Shown: positions 1 through 12,319 of the stretch, in pieces | Position numbering within the stretch: the first letter of the stretch is position 1 | How the letters are laid out: each line of letters opens with the position of its first letter | Assembly (NCBI RefSeq): GCF_004010195.1 | Contig: NC_057719.1 | Location: 90,750,897 to 90,814,896, forward strand | From: Chiloscyllium plagiosum | Taxonomy: Eukaryota | Direction: 5' to 3' | DNA: 64,000 nucleotides | Position numbers and translations under genes: made by a program | The notes under the pieces: model-generated | Databases searched by the model: none | Seen by the model: only the letters and a program-made list of their open reading frames with translations | Told to the model about the DNA's origin: nothing

Positions 1-335
1 TCTGCTAGGAGGCGTCCAGTCTCCCCAATGTAGAGGAGACCGCATCAGGAGCAACAGATACAATAAATGATATTGGTAGATGTGCAAGTAAAACTTTGAT
101 GGATGTGGAAGGCTCCTTTGGGGCCTTGGATGGAGGTGTGGGCGCAGGTTTTGCAATTCCTGCGGTGGCAGGGGAAGGTGTCAGGACGGGAGGGTGGGTT
201 GTTGGGGGGTGTGGCCCTGAGCAGGTGGTCACAGAGGGAACGGTCTTTGCGGAAGGCGGAAAGGGGTGGGGAGGGAAATATATCCCTGGTGGTGGGGTCC
301 ATTTGGACGTGGCAGAAATGTCGGCGGATGATTTG
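1..335 (-). mobile_element. Penelope-like element fragment (Cys-rich linker and start of GIY-YIG endonuclease)
   Basis: Minus ORF 45..368 reads CHRRNCKTC...FTCTSTNIIYCICCS, typical of Neptune-type PLE linker/GIY-YIG. Confidence 0.8.
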
Positions 336-519
336 GTTTGCAGTAGCTGTTCCTTGAATAAGCTCCACATTTCAATTGTGTCCAGCCCTTGCAGTTTCCT
401 TCCTCAGCCTGTGTATCTTAAATCTTGCCTAATCGCATCATAATTGCCTTTCCCCCAGCTGTAACTCTTGCCCTGCGGTATATAGCTATCCCTTTCCGTC
501 GCTGAAGTGTACATAAACG

Positions 520-1670
520 AGTTCCTCATCTTTCGTGTATATGCTTGGTATAGTCTCCATCTTCATCGCCACATTATTCATTTTGTCAAGAGTGAGTTTC
601 CCAATGATGTGGATATTGTCCACAGAATGGACAGAGAACTTTACAACCCTTGGTTGAAATCCAAGAACAAAATGACAGTGACCTCACTTGTTGAACTTCA
701 GTCTGTGGATGACAATGTCACCTCCACTATCTTAGAAGTCTTTGCTTAATGCTTTTCATGGAAGCATACTGAATAATTGATCTCAACATCAACCTCAAGT
801 CCTTTACCAACTCATCCCAAGTCAAATTTGGTCCACCCATCTATTAAGATCTTCCTAAACATGGAGTATTTTCTCTATCTAGGAAACTACCTCTCATCTA
901 AAGCTGATAATGATACAGCGGTCCATCTAATCAGCAAACCCTGCCTTTTGCCGCCTAAGCATGAGAGTCTTTGACAACAACAACATCTATGCTGATACCA
1001 AGATCCTTGTGTATAAGGCACTTGTCCTTCTGATTCTTCCGTGTGACTCCAAAACTTGGATATGAATTGCGATCAGCTCAAGGCCCTTGAGAGCTACCAT
1101 CAATGCTGTTTGAAGTGAATTCTTCACATCAGCTAAGACTGATGTATGAACATTAGTCTCCTTGAAGCAGCCAGTAGCACCAATATTGAGGCCTCCATCA
1201 TCTGAATCTAATTCTGCTGGGTAGCCACATGCTTAAGACTTCCGACTACCAAAGCTAATTTTTTTTCTCCCAGTTCAATGAAGGTACTTGATTTAGAGGA
1301 GGACTAAGGCAGCTTTTTGAAGACTCCTTGAATGTTTTCTTCAATTAAGTGCAACGTAAATGTCAACAACTGGGAGACCCTTGTTCAGAAGAAAGCGAAT
1401 TGGACAAAGCTGCTGTAAGAAGGGGCACAATTCTTTGAGAACATCCATCGGCAATATGCAAGTCAGAAAACGAATAGGAAAAAGGAAGGCGAGCAATCTC
1501 GAGGGGAAGGGCCAATTCCATCTCCTGGAAATAGCTGCCAAATATGTGGTTGGAGGATGAGGCTGTATAATCTGGCTCATCAGCCCCACACTGACCCACA
1601 GAACCTATGACCAATGATGTGGAATTTCCTATGGACAATCATACTCATTAGCAAGTGATTGACAGTGATG
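520..1670 (+). mobile_element. Degraded RTE-clade LINE 3' portion
   Basis: Broken frames with FxYLG, LKALESYHQCCL, W.GH-like segments; homologous to 4130-4980. Confidence 0.7.
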
Positions 1671-2092
1671 GTGATACTTCATTCTCATCATGGTTCCTTC
1701 AGTTCTATATTTGAGGCCTTGTGATGGGTTACTGCAAGGCCCAGAATCTAGGCCTCAGCTGTTCACAAAATATATTGATAATTTGGATGAGAGGATCAGA
1801 TGTGCAGACGATACAACGCTAGACAGGAATGTGTGTTGTGAGAAAAATGTAACGTAATTTCAGGAAGATTTGAACAGGCTTGATGAGTGGGCACAAACAT
1901 TTCAAAATATAGTGTTGAAAATGTGCAGTTATCCATTTAGTCAGAGGAACAAAGATTACTTCTTAATGCTGGGAGGTCAGAAAGTGTAGATGCACAAAGG
2001 GATTTGGGTATCCTTGTCAATTAGTCACTGAAACTGAAACTTTATTGCTGGAACAGCACAGCAGGTCAGGCAGCATCTAGGGAACAGAAGAT

Positions 2093-2123
2093 TCGACGTT
2101 TCGGGCACATGCCCTTCTTCAGG
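2093..2123 (-). ncRNA. Minimal type-I hammerhead ribozyme motif
   Basis: Reverse complement is cCTGAAGAaGGGCatgtGCCCGAAACGTCga. Confidence 0.7.
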
Positions 2124-2188
2124 ACGGGCATGTGCCCGAAGAAGGGCATGTGCCCGAAACGTCGAATCTTCTGTTCCCTAGATGCTGC

Positions 2189-2218
2189 CTGAAGAAGGGC
2201 ATGTGCCCGAAACGTCGA
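2189..2218 (+). ncRNA. Minimal type-I hammerhead ribozyme motif (sense to STARD9)
   Basis: CTGAAGA-A-GGGC atgt GCCC-GAAAC-GTC: conserved boxes, stem II, palindromic ACGT stem III. Confidence 0.7.
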
Positions 2219-2377
2219 ATCTTCTGTTCCCTAGATGCTGCCTGACCTGCTGTGCTGTTCCAGCAATAAAGTTTCAGCTTTGATCTCCAGCGTCTGCAGA
2301 CCTCACTTTCTCCTCCAATTAGTCACTGAAGGCTAACATGCAGATGCAGCAAGCTTTTAGGAAGGCTAGTAGAATGT

Positions 2378-2920
2378 TACAAAAACAGAAATTGCTTGAG
2401 AAAGTCAGCAAGTCTGGCAGCATCTGTGGAGAGAAAATAACAGAGAGTTTTGAGTCAAGTGATCCTTTTTCAGAACTGAAAGCAGCTGGGAAATGGTAGT
2501 ATTTATGTTATTGGCAGGGGTGGGCTGGGGAGGATTAAGTCAAAAAATTGGAGCCAGAGAGAGAGAGGGTAAAAGCAGAAGCAAATAAAGGTATTTCTGA
2601 TGTTAAGCTGGGGAACAGAATCTAGGGTGTTGAGGAGAGTAGTGAACATGGAGGGTGGTGTTTCTATTTTGAAATTGTTAAACTCAATGTTGAGTCCTGA
2701 GGCCTCGAAGGTGAAGATGATGTACTGTTCCTTCAGCTTGTCATTGCAGCAGGCCTGAGATAGAAATGTTGGCATGGGAATATGGCAGTGCATTTAAGTG
2801 GCAGGCTACTGGAAGCTTAAGGTAAGTGTTCTGCAAAGCAGTCACCCAGTCTGGACTTTGTCTCTCCACTGTAAGGGAGGCCACATTGTGAGATTTGGTT
2901 TGTACCTCAGGGAAGATGTT
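2378..2920 (-). mobile_element. Older degraded PLE 3' fragment
   Basis: Minus ORF 2503..2793 (EQYIIF...GLNIEFNNF) resembles the PLE GIY-YIG C-terminus; terminal repeat shared with the 23510 and 47132 copies. Confidence 0.6.
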
Positions 2921-3517
2921 GTTGTCGCAGAGGGAGTGAAGATTATCTGGACTGCAATTGCAGGACTGTGCAATGAAGAGAGATTGGACAAACTGGGCAT
3001 ATAGAGTCATAGAGATGTACAGACCCTTCTGTCCCATTCACCCATGCCAACCAGATATCCTAAATTAATCCAGTCCCATTTGCCAGCACTTGGCCCATAT
3101 CCCTCCAAACCCTTTCTATTCCTAAATCCATCAAGATGTCTTTTAAATGTTGTAATTGTACGAGCCTCCACCACGTTCTCTGGCAGCTCGTTTCATACAC
3201 GCAACCATGTTTCCTATATTCTCAATGCAAATCATTTTATATAATTGACAAATGGCAACAGATACAGAATCAATCCTTGTGTTCACCACAGGTCTCCAGT
3301 TTGATCAACAATCTTCACTCTTATAAAACCAAAGATGTAAACAGGAAAGAAACCATTTCCTGACATTTCCTGAATTAGATGCTCCTAAGACAGGCACAGC
3401 ACCGAGGTAAACACTCTGCTCTTTCAAGATGATGAGTGGCCAGTGTTAGACTGAGGTTGAAAATCACACAACACCAGCTTATAGTCCAACAGGTTTATTC
3501 GGAAGAACTAGCAGACG

Positions 3518-3825
3518 CTAGGTGGCATGGTAGTTAGCACTGTTGCCTCACAGCGCCAGGTTTGATTCCAGCCTCAGGCGACTGACTGTGTGGAGTTTGC
3601 ACGTTCTCCCTGAGTCTCCGTGGGTATCCTCCAGGTGCTCTGGTTTCCTCCCATAGTCCAAAGATGTGCAGGTCAGGTGAATTGGCCATGCTAAGTTGCC
3701 CATCGTGTTGGGTGTATTAGTCAAGGGAAATGGGTCTGGCTGGGTTACTTTTTGGTGGCTCATTGTGGACTTGTTGGGCCGAAGGGCCTGTATCCACACT
3801 GTAGGGCATCTAATCTAATCTAATC
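3518..3825 (+). mobile_element. HE1-type tRNA-derived SINE
   Basis: tRNA-like head, conserved V-SINE core, CR1-like tail ending (ctaat)n. Confidence 0.85.
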
Positions 3826-4129
3826 ACGCGCTCATCATAGATTCCTGAGAGTTTCAGAATTTCAAAGGATGAAAAGTAATCTTATTGAACCCTATGAAAT
3901 ACTTAAAATGATGGACAGAGTAGATGCTGGAAAAATATTTCCCCTGGTTGGGAGACCAAAAATGCTTTAAATGAGGGATTGTCATTTTACTGAGATGAGA
4001 TTTTTCTAAATATGCAAAGAGCAATTTATTGCAGCTTTACATTGGAACAGTTTCCGCTGTTTACATTTCTTTACACTTCTTTAATCAGCTTATCAGAGTT
4101 TTGAGTCTTACCCGAGTAAAATGATTTGA

Positions 4130-4980
4130 TTCAACATCCTCAAACCTTCAAAAATGTACTCCAAAGGATATGACCCTTACTAACTCCTCTTGAGGTAGAG
4201 AAATCGTTACAGATATAGAACACATCCTCTCCCTGGGAAGCTACCCATCATCTAAGGCTGACATCATAGCGGAGATTTAACATTATCTCCAATCTGCAAG
4301 TGCTGCCATCAAATGCCTAGGGATGAGAGTCTCAGTGATTGTGATCCTTGTGCATAAGGCAGTCAACGTTCTGGATCTTCTATATGGTTTCAAACCTTGG
4401 ACTACATATCGATGCCACCCTAAGACCCTTGAGAAGTGCCATCAATGCTGTTTGAAACAGATTCTCCGAATTAGCTGGGCAGGCAAACGTACTGATATCA
4501 GTCTCCTTGAAATGGCCAATAGCACCAGCATCCAGACCATGTTCATCCAAAGCCAATTCCACTGGGCTGGCCATGCGCTTAGGATGAAAACTGCCAAAGC
4601 AAATAGTCTTCATCTAGTTCAAGGAGTGCAGTTCATTGAGACGAGGGCAAAGGAACATTTCAAAGACTCCCTGAAAGCTTACCTCAAGAAATGTAACATC
4701 GATATCAACTCTGGGGAGACCCTCGTCCAGAAGAAATCAAATTGGCGGAAGCTCTTGTATGAAGCGGAACAATTCTTCGAGAAAAGGAACTGGAGAGAGG
4801 AATGTCAATAATCTCAAATCCAAGGACCACTTTCACCACTGGAAACACCTGCCCAACGTGTGGTCAGAGGTGAGTTTCGGGCTCATCAGCTACACAAGGA
4901 CCCACAGAATTCGCAACCAGTGACATGGAATTTACAAGGTGGACAATCATACTCCTCACCGAGTGATTGCTGACTATGAG
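4130..4980 (+). mobile_element. RTE-clade LINE 3' fragment
   Basis: ORF 4323..4811 (HQCCLKQILRISW...WAGHALRM...FKDSLK) followed by a degenerate C2H2-like tail. Confidence 0.8.
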
Positions 4981-5604
4981 GAGGGCTTACTTTATATGGA
5001 GGTCTTATTCATTGCTCGATGTAAAGAAAAATTAAAACTTGCCTGAGAACTTTTGCGTATAGGAGAGGATCTTCATTGGACGGTTGTGGTATAGTCATTA
5101 AAAACAACCATAGTTGCTGGAAAAGCTAGTAGGCCAGCAGCATCTGTGGAGAGAGAAACAAGGTTCAGATTTCAAGTTGAATAAGACTCCTCAGAACACG
5201 ATTGTACAACCATTTTGGTGAGTTTTCTGATGAGTTAAAAAATCGTTTATTTTGTTTGTTGTTTTAAATTAATAAACTAAAATTTTGTTGTGTTATCTAG
5301 TAAAGAAGAACTCTAGTGCACTTGTGCCAATTTCATTTCCACTATTACCTGATTCTGTCTACAGTTCTACTTCAGGAGACAATCTGTTATCTTTTGCAGC
5401 TTTTAATACTTCACGCAGAGGAAACTTCACCTTTGCTGAAAAACGTTCTTTGCAAAATAAATGTTTTACTTCAGACTTCATCAATAAACTTGTAGTTCGG
5501 ATTGCTGAATGTAATTATCAGTTTATTTTGGGCAATTTCTGTTGGCTATCAAGCAGCATAATTGGTAATGCAGAAGGTGGGAATGTGTGTTTTTGTCTGT
5601 TGTA

Positions 5605-5822
5605 CAGATTATTCTGCTATAATGCGCGTTTCGTTAACACGAATTTGCTGTAATGCGATTGACAAATTGGGAATACTGTTTCTAAAATATGACCTTTTGA
5701 AATGTATGTTGACTGTAATGTGATTACATTGCCAACACTTTAAGCACTGTTTCTAAAGTGTGATTTTTCTATAACACGGGGTTCCACAAGATAGCAACCA
5801 TCGTGCTATAGAAGAACCACCA
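5605..5822. mobile_element. Tigger/pogo-like MITE
   Basis: Starts ta|cag..ttctgctataatgcg; imperfect inverted terminus cgtgctatagaagaaccac. Confidence 0.5.
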
Positions 5823-5859
5823 CTCTCACCTGAGTTAGCAGGTTATGTGGTTAAATTCC

Positions 5860-6550
5860 ACTCTAGTGATTTGTGCATAAAATCCAGGCTGACACTCCAA
5901 TGCAGGATGTTGTTTGATGCATTTCAAATGAGGCACAATACCAAAACTCTCTTCTGATGAAGAGTCATTTAGACTCGAAACATTACATAGAATATAGAAC
6001 AGAACAGCACAGCACAGCACAGGCCCTTAGCTTGCTGTCTCTCTATGGATGCTGCCTGACCCATTATGATTTCCAGCTTTTTTTTAGTTTCTTCAAAACT
6101 GTCTTTACGCAGAGGGTGGTGCATGTATGGAATGAGCTGCCAGAGGAAGTGGTGGAGGCTGGTGCAATTGCAACATTTAAAGGCATCTGGATGGGTATAT
6201 GAATAGGAAGGGTGTGGAGGCCAAGTGCTGGAAAATGGGACTAGATTAGGTTGGGTTACCTGGTCAGCATGGACGAGTTGGACTGAAGGATCTGTTTCCT
6301 TGCTGTACATTCTACGACTCTATCTCCTGTTAGGGTGGGTGTAAATGACCACGCAGCACTTTTGGAAAAGAGTAGTAGATTCTGCTTGTTCCCTGCCCAA
6401 CGGTTTCTCACGACTAACACAACCAAACTTTTGTTTAATCTTCCTGCTGGTTGTGGAATCTTCCTGTATACAAATTGTCTGACATGTTTGCCTTTCTACC
6501 AGTGACTACACTTTAAAAATAATTAATTGTGAAGTATTTGGGACATCTGA
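5860..6550 (+). mobile_element. Deu-type SINE (SacSINE1/AmnSINE-like) interrupted by a PLE end (5945-6095) and a CR1 3' end (6100-6325)
   Basis: atccaggctgacactcca head segment and cagtgactacactt...tttgggacat tail; similar copies at 9210-9500, 15805-16060 and 56880-57225. Confidence 0.6.
5954..5986 (+). ncRNA. Degenerate hammerhead motif in PLE terminal repeat
   Basis: CTGATGA-a-GAGTC attta GACTC-GAAAC-att; stem III palindrome broken (ACGT to ACAT). Confidence 0.55.
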
Positions 6551-8210
6551 AGTCCATGCCTTTACTCAGGAAAAGGAGGGTGTAGATAAAGAATTGAGAA
6601 AAAGATGGACTCTGAGGTTTTTGAGCAGTTTGATGGAGGGAGTGGGGGAGGTTTTGGTGGATTTCAAGCTGGACAAATACCCAGGTCCAGATCAGTTATA
6701 TCCAAGGTGAAGAATGAAATCGCAAATTTTTAATTTCTCTCTGACTCACACGGGAGATGCCAGAGGACAGCCCATGTGATTCCACTTTTCAAGAAGGGTA
6801 GTAGAGAGAGACCAGGAAATGACAGACCGGTCTCACATTATTGGTAGGGAAACTATTGGAGAAATTCTGAAGGAGAAACTTAGTTTCCATTTTGAGAAGC
6901 AAGGATTAATCAGGGCAGTCAGCTTGGCTTTGTCAGGTGGAGCTCATACACAACAAATCTGGTTGGAATTTTCAAAGGATGTGACCACCTATGTAAATGA
7001 AGGTAGAGCAGTTGAATTGGTTTATGTGGACTTTCTTAAGGATTTCAACAAGGTTCCACATGGGAGCCTGAAGGTGAATGAAGGTAAAAGCACATAGGAT
7101 TCCAGATAAATTGGCAAGTTGGCTCCAAAATTGGGCGAGCGACAGGAGACAGAAGATGGTAGTGAAGGCGTACTACAGATATCCGTGCTGGGTCTTTTAT
7201 TGTTCATGATATGTACAAATGATATCGATGAGCGTGTTAGGAACTTGATGGTGTGAGGATGCCTCAAAGACTGACTGGGTAGTTGACAGTGAGGTTTTGG
7301 TTTGGATTGGTCAGTTCAGTGACAAATGGAATTTAACCCTGATTAGTGTAAGTTGATGCACTTTGGAAGAAGTCACACACCAAGGGAATGTTCAATGAAT
7401 GGGAAGACACTAGGCTCCTCAGGGGGACAGAGGGTGTGTTCGTCCACAAATCCCTGTATGTGGCAGGACAGGTCAATAGTGTAGTTAGGAAGGAATATGG
7501 CATTTTTACCTTTATCAGTTGACAACGTTGGAAGTTACCTGACACCAGATTATACTTCAAGTTTATTTGTAATCTCAAACTTTCGGAGTGCTGCTGCTTT
7601 ATCGGGTGACTTATGACTTTGTCCACCCCGGTCCAACAACAGCACCTCCACTTCATGTTTATCAATTGAGGCTTAGATTGTAAGAGCAAGGAGATTATGT
7701 TGGACCTATAGAGGACTTTGATTTGGCCACAGGAAGGGTGTGATTTCACAGGAGCTGGTACAGAAAAGATTCACCAGGATGTTGTATGGAATGGAACACT
7801 TTGACCACGAAGAGGAGCTAGATAAGCTGGGGTTATAAGCAGAGAAAGTTAAGTTGGGACCAAATAGAGCATTTAAGATCATTAGTGGCATAGACAGGAT
7901 GAATGGAATGTAGCTGTTTTTCTTAGTTGAAGGTTCAGTAACAAGGGCCATAATTTTAAAGGGAAAGGCAGGAGGTTTAGAGGAGACTTGTGGAAAATAT
8001 TTTCACCCAGAGGATGGTGGAGGCCTGCAGTGTACTACCTGGGAGCACTCACAATCTTAAAAAAAAAAATTACTTGAGTGGGCACTTGAGATGTTATAAC
8101 ACTCAAGGCTATGGGTCTAGTGCAGGAAAGTTGGAGTGTAGATTTAGTCTATTTTTGACAGTACAGACTCAATGGTTCAAAGTGCCTCTTCTGTATTATA
8201 TGAATGTATG
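6550..8210 (+). mobile_element. Degraded CR1 ORF2 and 3' end
   Basis: VYVDFxKxFxKVPHG in ORF 6819..7097; FTQR.V...W-like tail. Confidence 0.8.
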
Positions 8211-8409
8211 AAGAGTGATATTTAAATGTAAGTTCTTTCTGTTATATTTTGCACAGCCTGTAATGCACTGGTATTGAACCTCCCAGATCTATTAAGTTTG
8301 GTTTATTTAGGAATATATAGTCGATCGGTTATCAACTTGCATCAGAACTTTGGAACTTCCTCTCTAAATGTACCGTAGTGTACTTACACCACATGGATTG
8401 CAACGGTTC

Positions 8410-9190
8410 AAGAAGGCAGCTCACCACCACTGTGCTGTTAAGAAGGAAGTTCCAGAATTTTGACCCAGCAACAGTGAAGATTGAAAATAGATTTCCAAGT
8501 CAGGTGATGGTGTTCCCATGCATCATCATCCTTGTTTGGAAGTTGCTGTCAAAGAGGTCCGAGCAAATTGCTGCACTAAATATACACTGCAGTGGTGTAG
8601 AGGGAGTGAACGATTTAGGTGCCACTCAAGCGGCTGCTTTGTCCTGGATGATGCTGAGCTGCACTCATCCATGCAAGTAGAGAATATTCTATCACACATC
8701 TGAGTTGTACCTTGCAGAGTGTGGTCAGACTTTGGGAGTTGTTTGCTGCAGAATTCTTAACCTTTGGCTTGTTTTTGTAACCACTATATTTATGTGGCTC
8801 ATTCTGTTAGGTTTCTGGTTAATGGTTCCCTCCATTAACAACAACATGTCATTGAATGTCAAGGGGAGACAAATTATTTAAGCTGTTTATTACCTAGTAT
8901 CCATGTATGATGAAAATTACTTGCCACTTATCAACCTAAGTCTGAATCTTGCCCAGACGTTGTTACATGTGGGTATGCACTTCAGTACCTGAGGAATCAT
9001 GAAGTTTGTTAAAGACAGTGCAGTTATCATCAAATACCCCAACGTTACAACAGAGGGAAGGTCAGTAATGAAGCTTGTGAATTTGGCTGTGTCTAGGAGA
9101 TACACCACTGAGGAATTCCTACAGATTCCTGGGCCTCAGATGACTGACCTTCAGCTAGCACATCTTCTGTGGTTTCAAATTCTACTCCAA
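8410..9190 (-). mobile_element. L2/CR1-superfamily LINE 3' fragment
   Basis: Homologous to 18495-18885 (+) and 50040-50620 (-). Confidence 0.55.
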
Positions 9191-9794
9191 TACTGAGCAC
9201 CAAATCTGGGCAACACTAAGGGACTGCTATACAACCTAAGGAGTCATCTTTCGCTTTGGGTCTTGGTTGTCCTCTCTGATAGATCTACAACATCACTTGG
9301 TATTGTACTGACAGAAATTAGGGTGGTTTCCTGCTGTCTGTTTCTCATCTGACATCAATAAATGCCTTTATCATGTTTGACACTTTGCTGTGCACAAAAC
9401 GCCAATTGCAATTCCTACAATAGAATAGTGACTACATTTCTAATGTAGTTTGGGATACCCTGAAACCTTGAACGATGCAATATAAATCCAAGTCCTTTCT
9501 TCCTTTATGCCTGCAAGCATGAGTGATTTATCAAGAGTTTGATGATAATTGAAAACAAGGGGTAAATAATAATAAAAATTGTTAGGCTTGTGAAAGTGGG
9601 GACAATATCTGGAATCATAAAAACTGTGTATGTAACAATGAGGAAAACAATTAATCATAGAAATGGCCAAAGGATAGAATTAGCAGTTGAAACTCTTTGT
9701 TTAATTGAATATATGACCACCAATAGATGTTTTCAGTAAGGAAATTATTAAAATACAAGTTTCATGTAACTCATTATTCCTTTGTGTCCTTTAG

Positions 9795-9827
9795 GCATCT
9801 GTTGGGCTGACACCGAGGATATGCAAG
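9795..9827 (+). CDS. STARD9: STARD9 coding exon, 33 bp (ASVGLTPRICK), likely orthologue of human exon 5
   Basis: ttag acceptor and gtaatt donor; phase 0/0; peptide matches the kinesin GLTPRIC motif that follows the P-loop. Confidence 0.93.
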
Positions 9828-9910
9828 GTAATTACTGTCCTAGCACTTTAAACTCTTGGATATTTCATTACTGTTTGCACCATGAGTATCATAATTGTTG
9901 CTTTTCACAG

Positions 9911-9972
9911 GGGCTCTTCTCCAGGGTGGATGACTACCAAGAGAAGCCAACATCATGCAGAATAGAAGTTAG
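9911..9972 (+). CDS. STARD9: STARD9 coding exon, 62 bp (GLFSRVDDYQEKPTSCRIEVS)
   Basis: cttttcacag acceptor, gtgaga donor; phase 0/2, compatible with both neighbours. Confidence 0.95.
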
Positions 9973-10089
9973 GTGAGAATGCTGGTGTTCCTTTAATGAA
10001 ATCTCACCTTTTAAATTGATGACATTGACAGATATTACCACATTTGTATCATCTGACGGTTGTATGAGAAACAAGACTATGAGACCTTA

Positions 10090-10305
10090 TCCCATATCCC
10101 CAGAAAACCATAAGGCAGCTCTCTCATAAGAGAAAGAGAGGACTGGTGGTTAGTTTAACTTGAGTCACCACATTCTCAGGTGAGGGGGGAGGTTGAGAAG
10201 ACAGGACCTACATGGTAACTTCAGCTGGCATGGGAATTGAATCCACGCTGCTGGCATCACTGTGCATCGCAAACCAGCTGCCCAGCTAGCTGAGCTAACC
10301 AACCC
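10090..10305 (-). mobile_element. tRNA-derived SINE, a family distinct from HE1
   Basis: Minus strand starts ggttagctcagct (A box) and has ggattcaattcc (B box). Confidence 0.6.
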
Positions 10306-11575
10306 TCAGTCATAACATCTAGAACACTGGTGGAAGCAGCTTTTTCACTATAGTGGCTTGAAGGATACCTGAATAACATTTTACAATGTTGAGATCAGTA
10401 GGAGTGGTTGCAAAGGCAGTTAGGAATGGTTCAAATAATATGTCTCTATGATTGATTTTAAGATTGATTGATATGGTGTTGGGTGCATGGATTATAACAC
10501 TAGAATAGGATATTTGCCTGAGCCAGTCAAAAAGAGCACTAATTCTAAATCATATAATCATCTTGTATGTTTTTATTCCTCCTTCATTCAGCCACCAGCC
10601 TGATCTAGTCAACGTAGTCCCTGTTTCAATCACTGCTTCACAAAACTGTAAAAAAAAAACATATTTCTCCCACTCTGTCACAAACTTGCAAATTGTAATG
10701 ACTGCATGCAAACAGTGAGTATGCAGGCGCAGTTGCCTTGCAGTTTCAATGTGAGTAAAAATTGCCTGCCAAATGTTACTGTCAACCATAATTTATCATT
10801 GACATATATTCTGATCTAGTGATCTCTGCAATTTGTATCTCATTCTCATAAGGCTTTGAAGCTCAAAGCAATGTGCACCAGCCATGGTTTGTATCAGATC
10901 TTTCTGGACCCTGGTATCAATCCAACTTAGGGGAAGGGAATACCAGAACTCTGCGATATTAATAATTACACAGAAGATAAATTACATGACATGTCAAAGA
11001 TTTTGATATTTTTCAGCTTTTGTATTGTTTAAAATTAGTCTATGGTTTGATAGCACATTTGATAGCAACCATAACATAGCTGAGTAGACAACATGATGAA
11101 ATGTGTTAGGTGAAAGTGTGACCTGTATAAATAAAAAATCTACTATAAGAGAGCTTCCAACAAGAAAACAATGTAAAATTAAAATAGATGAATACCTTAT
11201 GAATCTGTTTTACTGAGAGTGGTTAGAATGTGATACTACCACATGAGGCAGATAGCATTGTTGAACTTAATCAAAATTGAGGAATAGGATAATTTGCTAA
11301 TAGGAAAGATAAAATTAAGTGGGAAGGGGGCTTGTGTGATGTAAAAATATCTAGATGCGCGACTTGAGATAAACTACTTTTCTGTAACTGTAACACTGTC
11401 TAATTCAATGTGTTGAAGCCTTTTGCACTGAGAGATAAGGTACAAGTAGAACTCCTACAAATTATCCCATCTTCTGACATGTTAGGCACTCCCAACCATT
11501 TCTAATTTTATATCAGATTTGCAGCAATGAGTTTTTGTTTTGTAAAAGTTATATTCATTAACATAAACGAATTGA

Positions 11576-11747
11576 GTCGAGATTAGAGTGGTGCTGGGAA
11601 AGTACAGCAGGTCAGGCAGCATCCGAGGAGCAGGGGCAAAAGCCGTCGATTTTCCCGCTCCTGGATGCTGCCTGACCTGCTGTGCTTTTCCAGCACCACT
11701 CTAATCTAGACTCTGGTTTTCAGCATCTGCAGTCCTCACTTTTGCCT
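11576..11747. mobile_element. PLE-derived asymmetric palindrome, ribozyme core deleted
   Basis: Inverted arms of about 60 bp plus the tail tggttttcagcatctgcagtcctcacttttgcct. Confidence 0.8.
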
Positions 11748-11778
11748 ATAAAATAATAGAGGCCTCTTCCTTTGACAG

Positions 11779-11891
11779 CTTTCTGGAAATTTATAATGAA
11801 CGTGTCCGAGATCTTCTGAAGCGCTGTGATGGAAACAAGCCCTACACACTTCGAGTGCGTGAGCACCCTGATAAGGGTCCCTATGTGCAAG
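11779..11891 (+). CDS. STARD9: STARD9 coding exon, 113 bp (FLEIYNERVRDLL...LRVREHPDKGPYVQ)
   Basis: tttgacag acceptor, gtaatc donor; kinesin EIYNE..DLL and VREHP motifs; phase 2/1. Confidence 0.97.
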
Positions 11892-12319
11892 GTAATCTCT
11901 CACTTTTTATCAAGTCACATCATTTTTTGATTTTGACAGCTTTGCAATTTGTGGATAATTCTGACCATTTTCGCTTCATTCCCAAAATTCCAGGAAAATT
12001 CAGTAGGCCGAAGGGCCTATTCTGTGCTGTATGATTACATGATTCTTTGATCTTTCAGACCTTCACGCCCAAGTGAAAATCGTCCAAGGATCTTAGAATG
12101 GTCAGATTTCATAAGGATCCATGTCTTGACATGGATAATGACAGGGACGGACTGCTTTAGAATCTGAAAAATGATAGTCACTAAACATAGTGCATCAACC
12201 AACATTCTCACCTTTGAACTTATGGAAAGTTCATAGATAAAGCAGCTGAAGGTGGTTGGACCTAGGACACTATCCTGAGGAGCTCCTGCAGAGATGTATT
12301 GAATTCAGATCATTGATCT

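Larger units (their letters stand above)
2033..2315. mobile_element. PLE-derived asymmetric palindrome with three hammerhead-like motifs
   Basis: 15-bp TSD caattagtcactgaa (2018-2032, 2316-2330); inverted arms; the right arm carries an extra ~35-nt tail. Confidence 0.85.
1735..2375 (+). mobile_element. Degraded CR1 RT fragment, host of the PLE palindrome
   Basis: ADDT-like, LQED and DLG.LV..SLKANMQ segments continue across the insertion. Confidence 0.7.

Noticed and set aside
5285..5653. 122-aa ORF and other short ORFs in non-repeat DNA (e.g. 16151-16504, 57746-58090)
   Set aside because: No recognisable domains or splice-compatible structure; several overlap repeats; lengths compatible with chance.
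1..9794. P-loop (GQTGSGKT) exon of STARD9
   Set aside because: Not found by eye or in the ORF track; presumably upstream of the window.
11576..11747. Short palindromes as MITEs or miRNA precursors
   Set aside because: Asymmetric tail, variable TSD length and identity with the ends of GIY-YIG-encoding elements indicate PLE origin.
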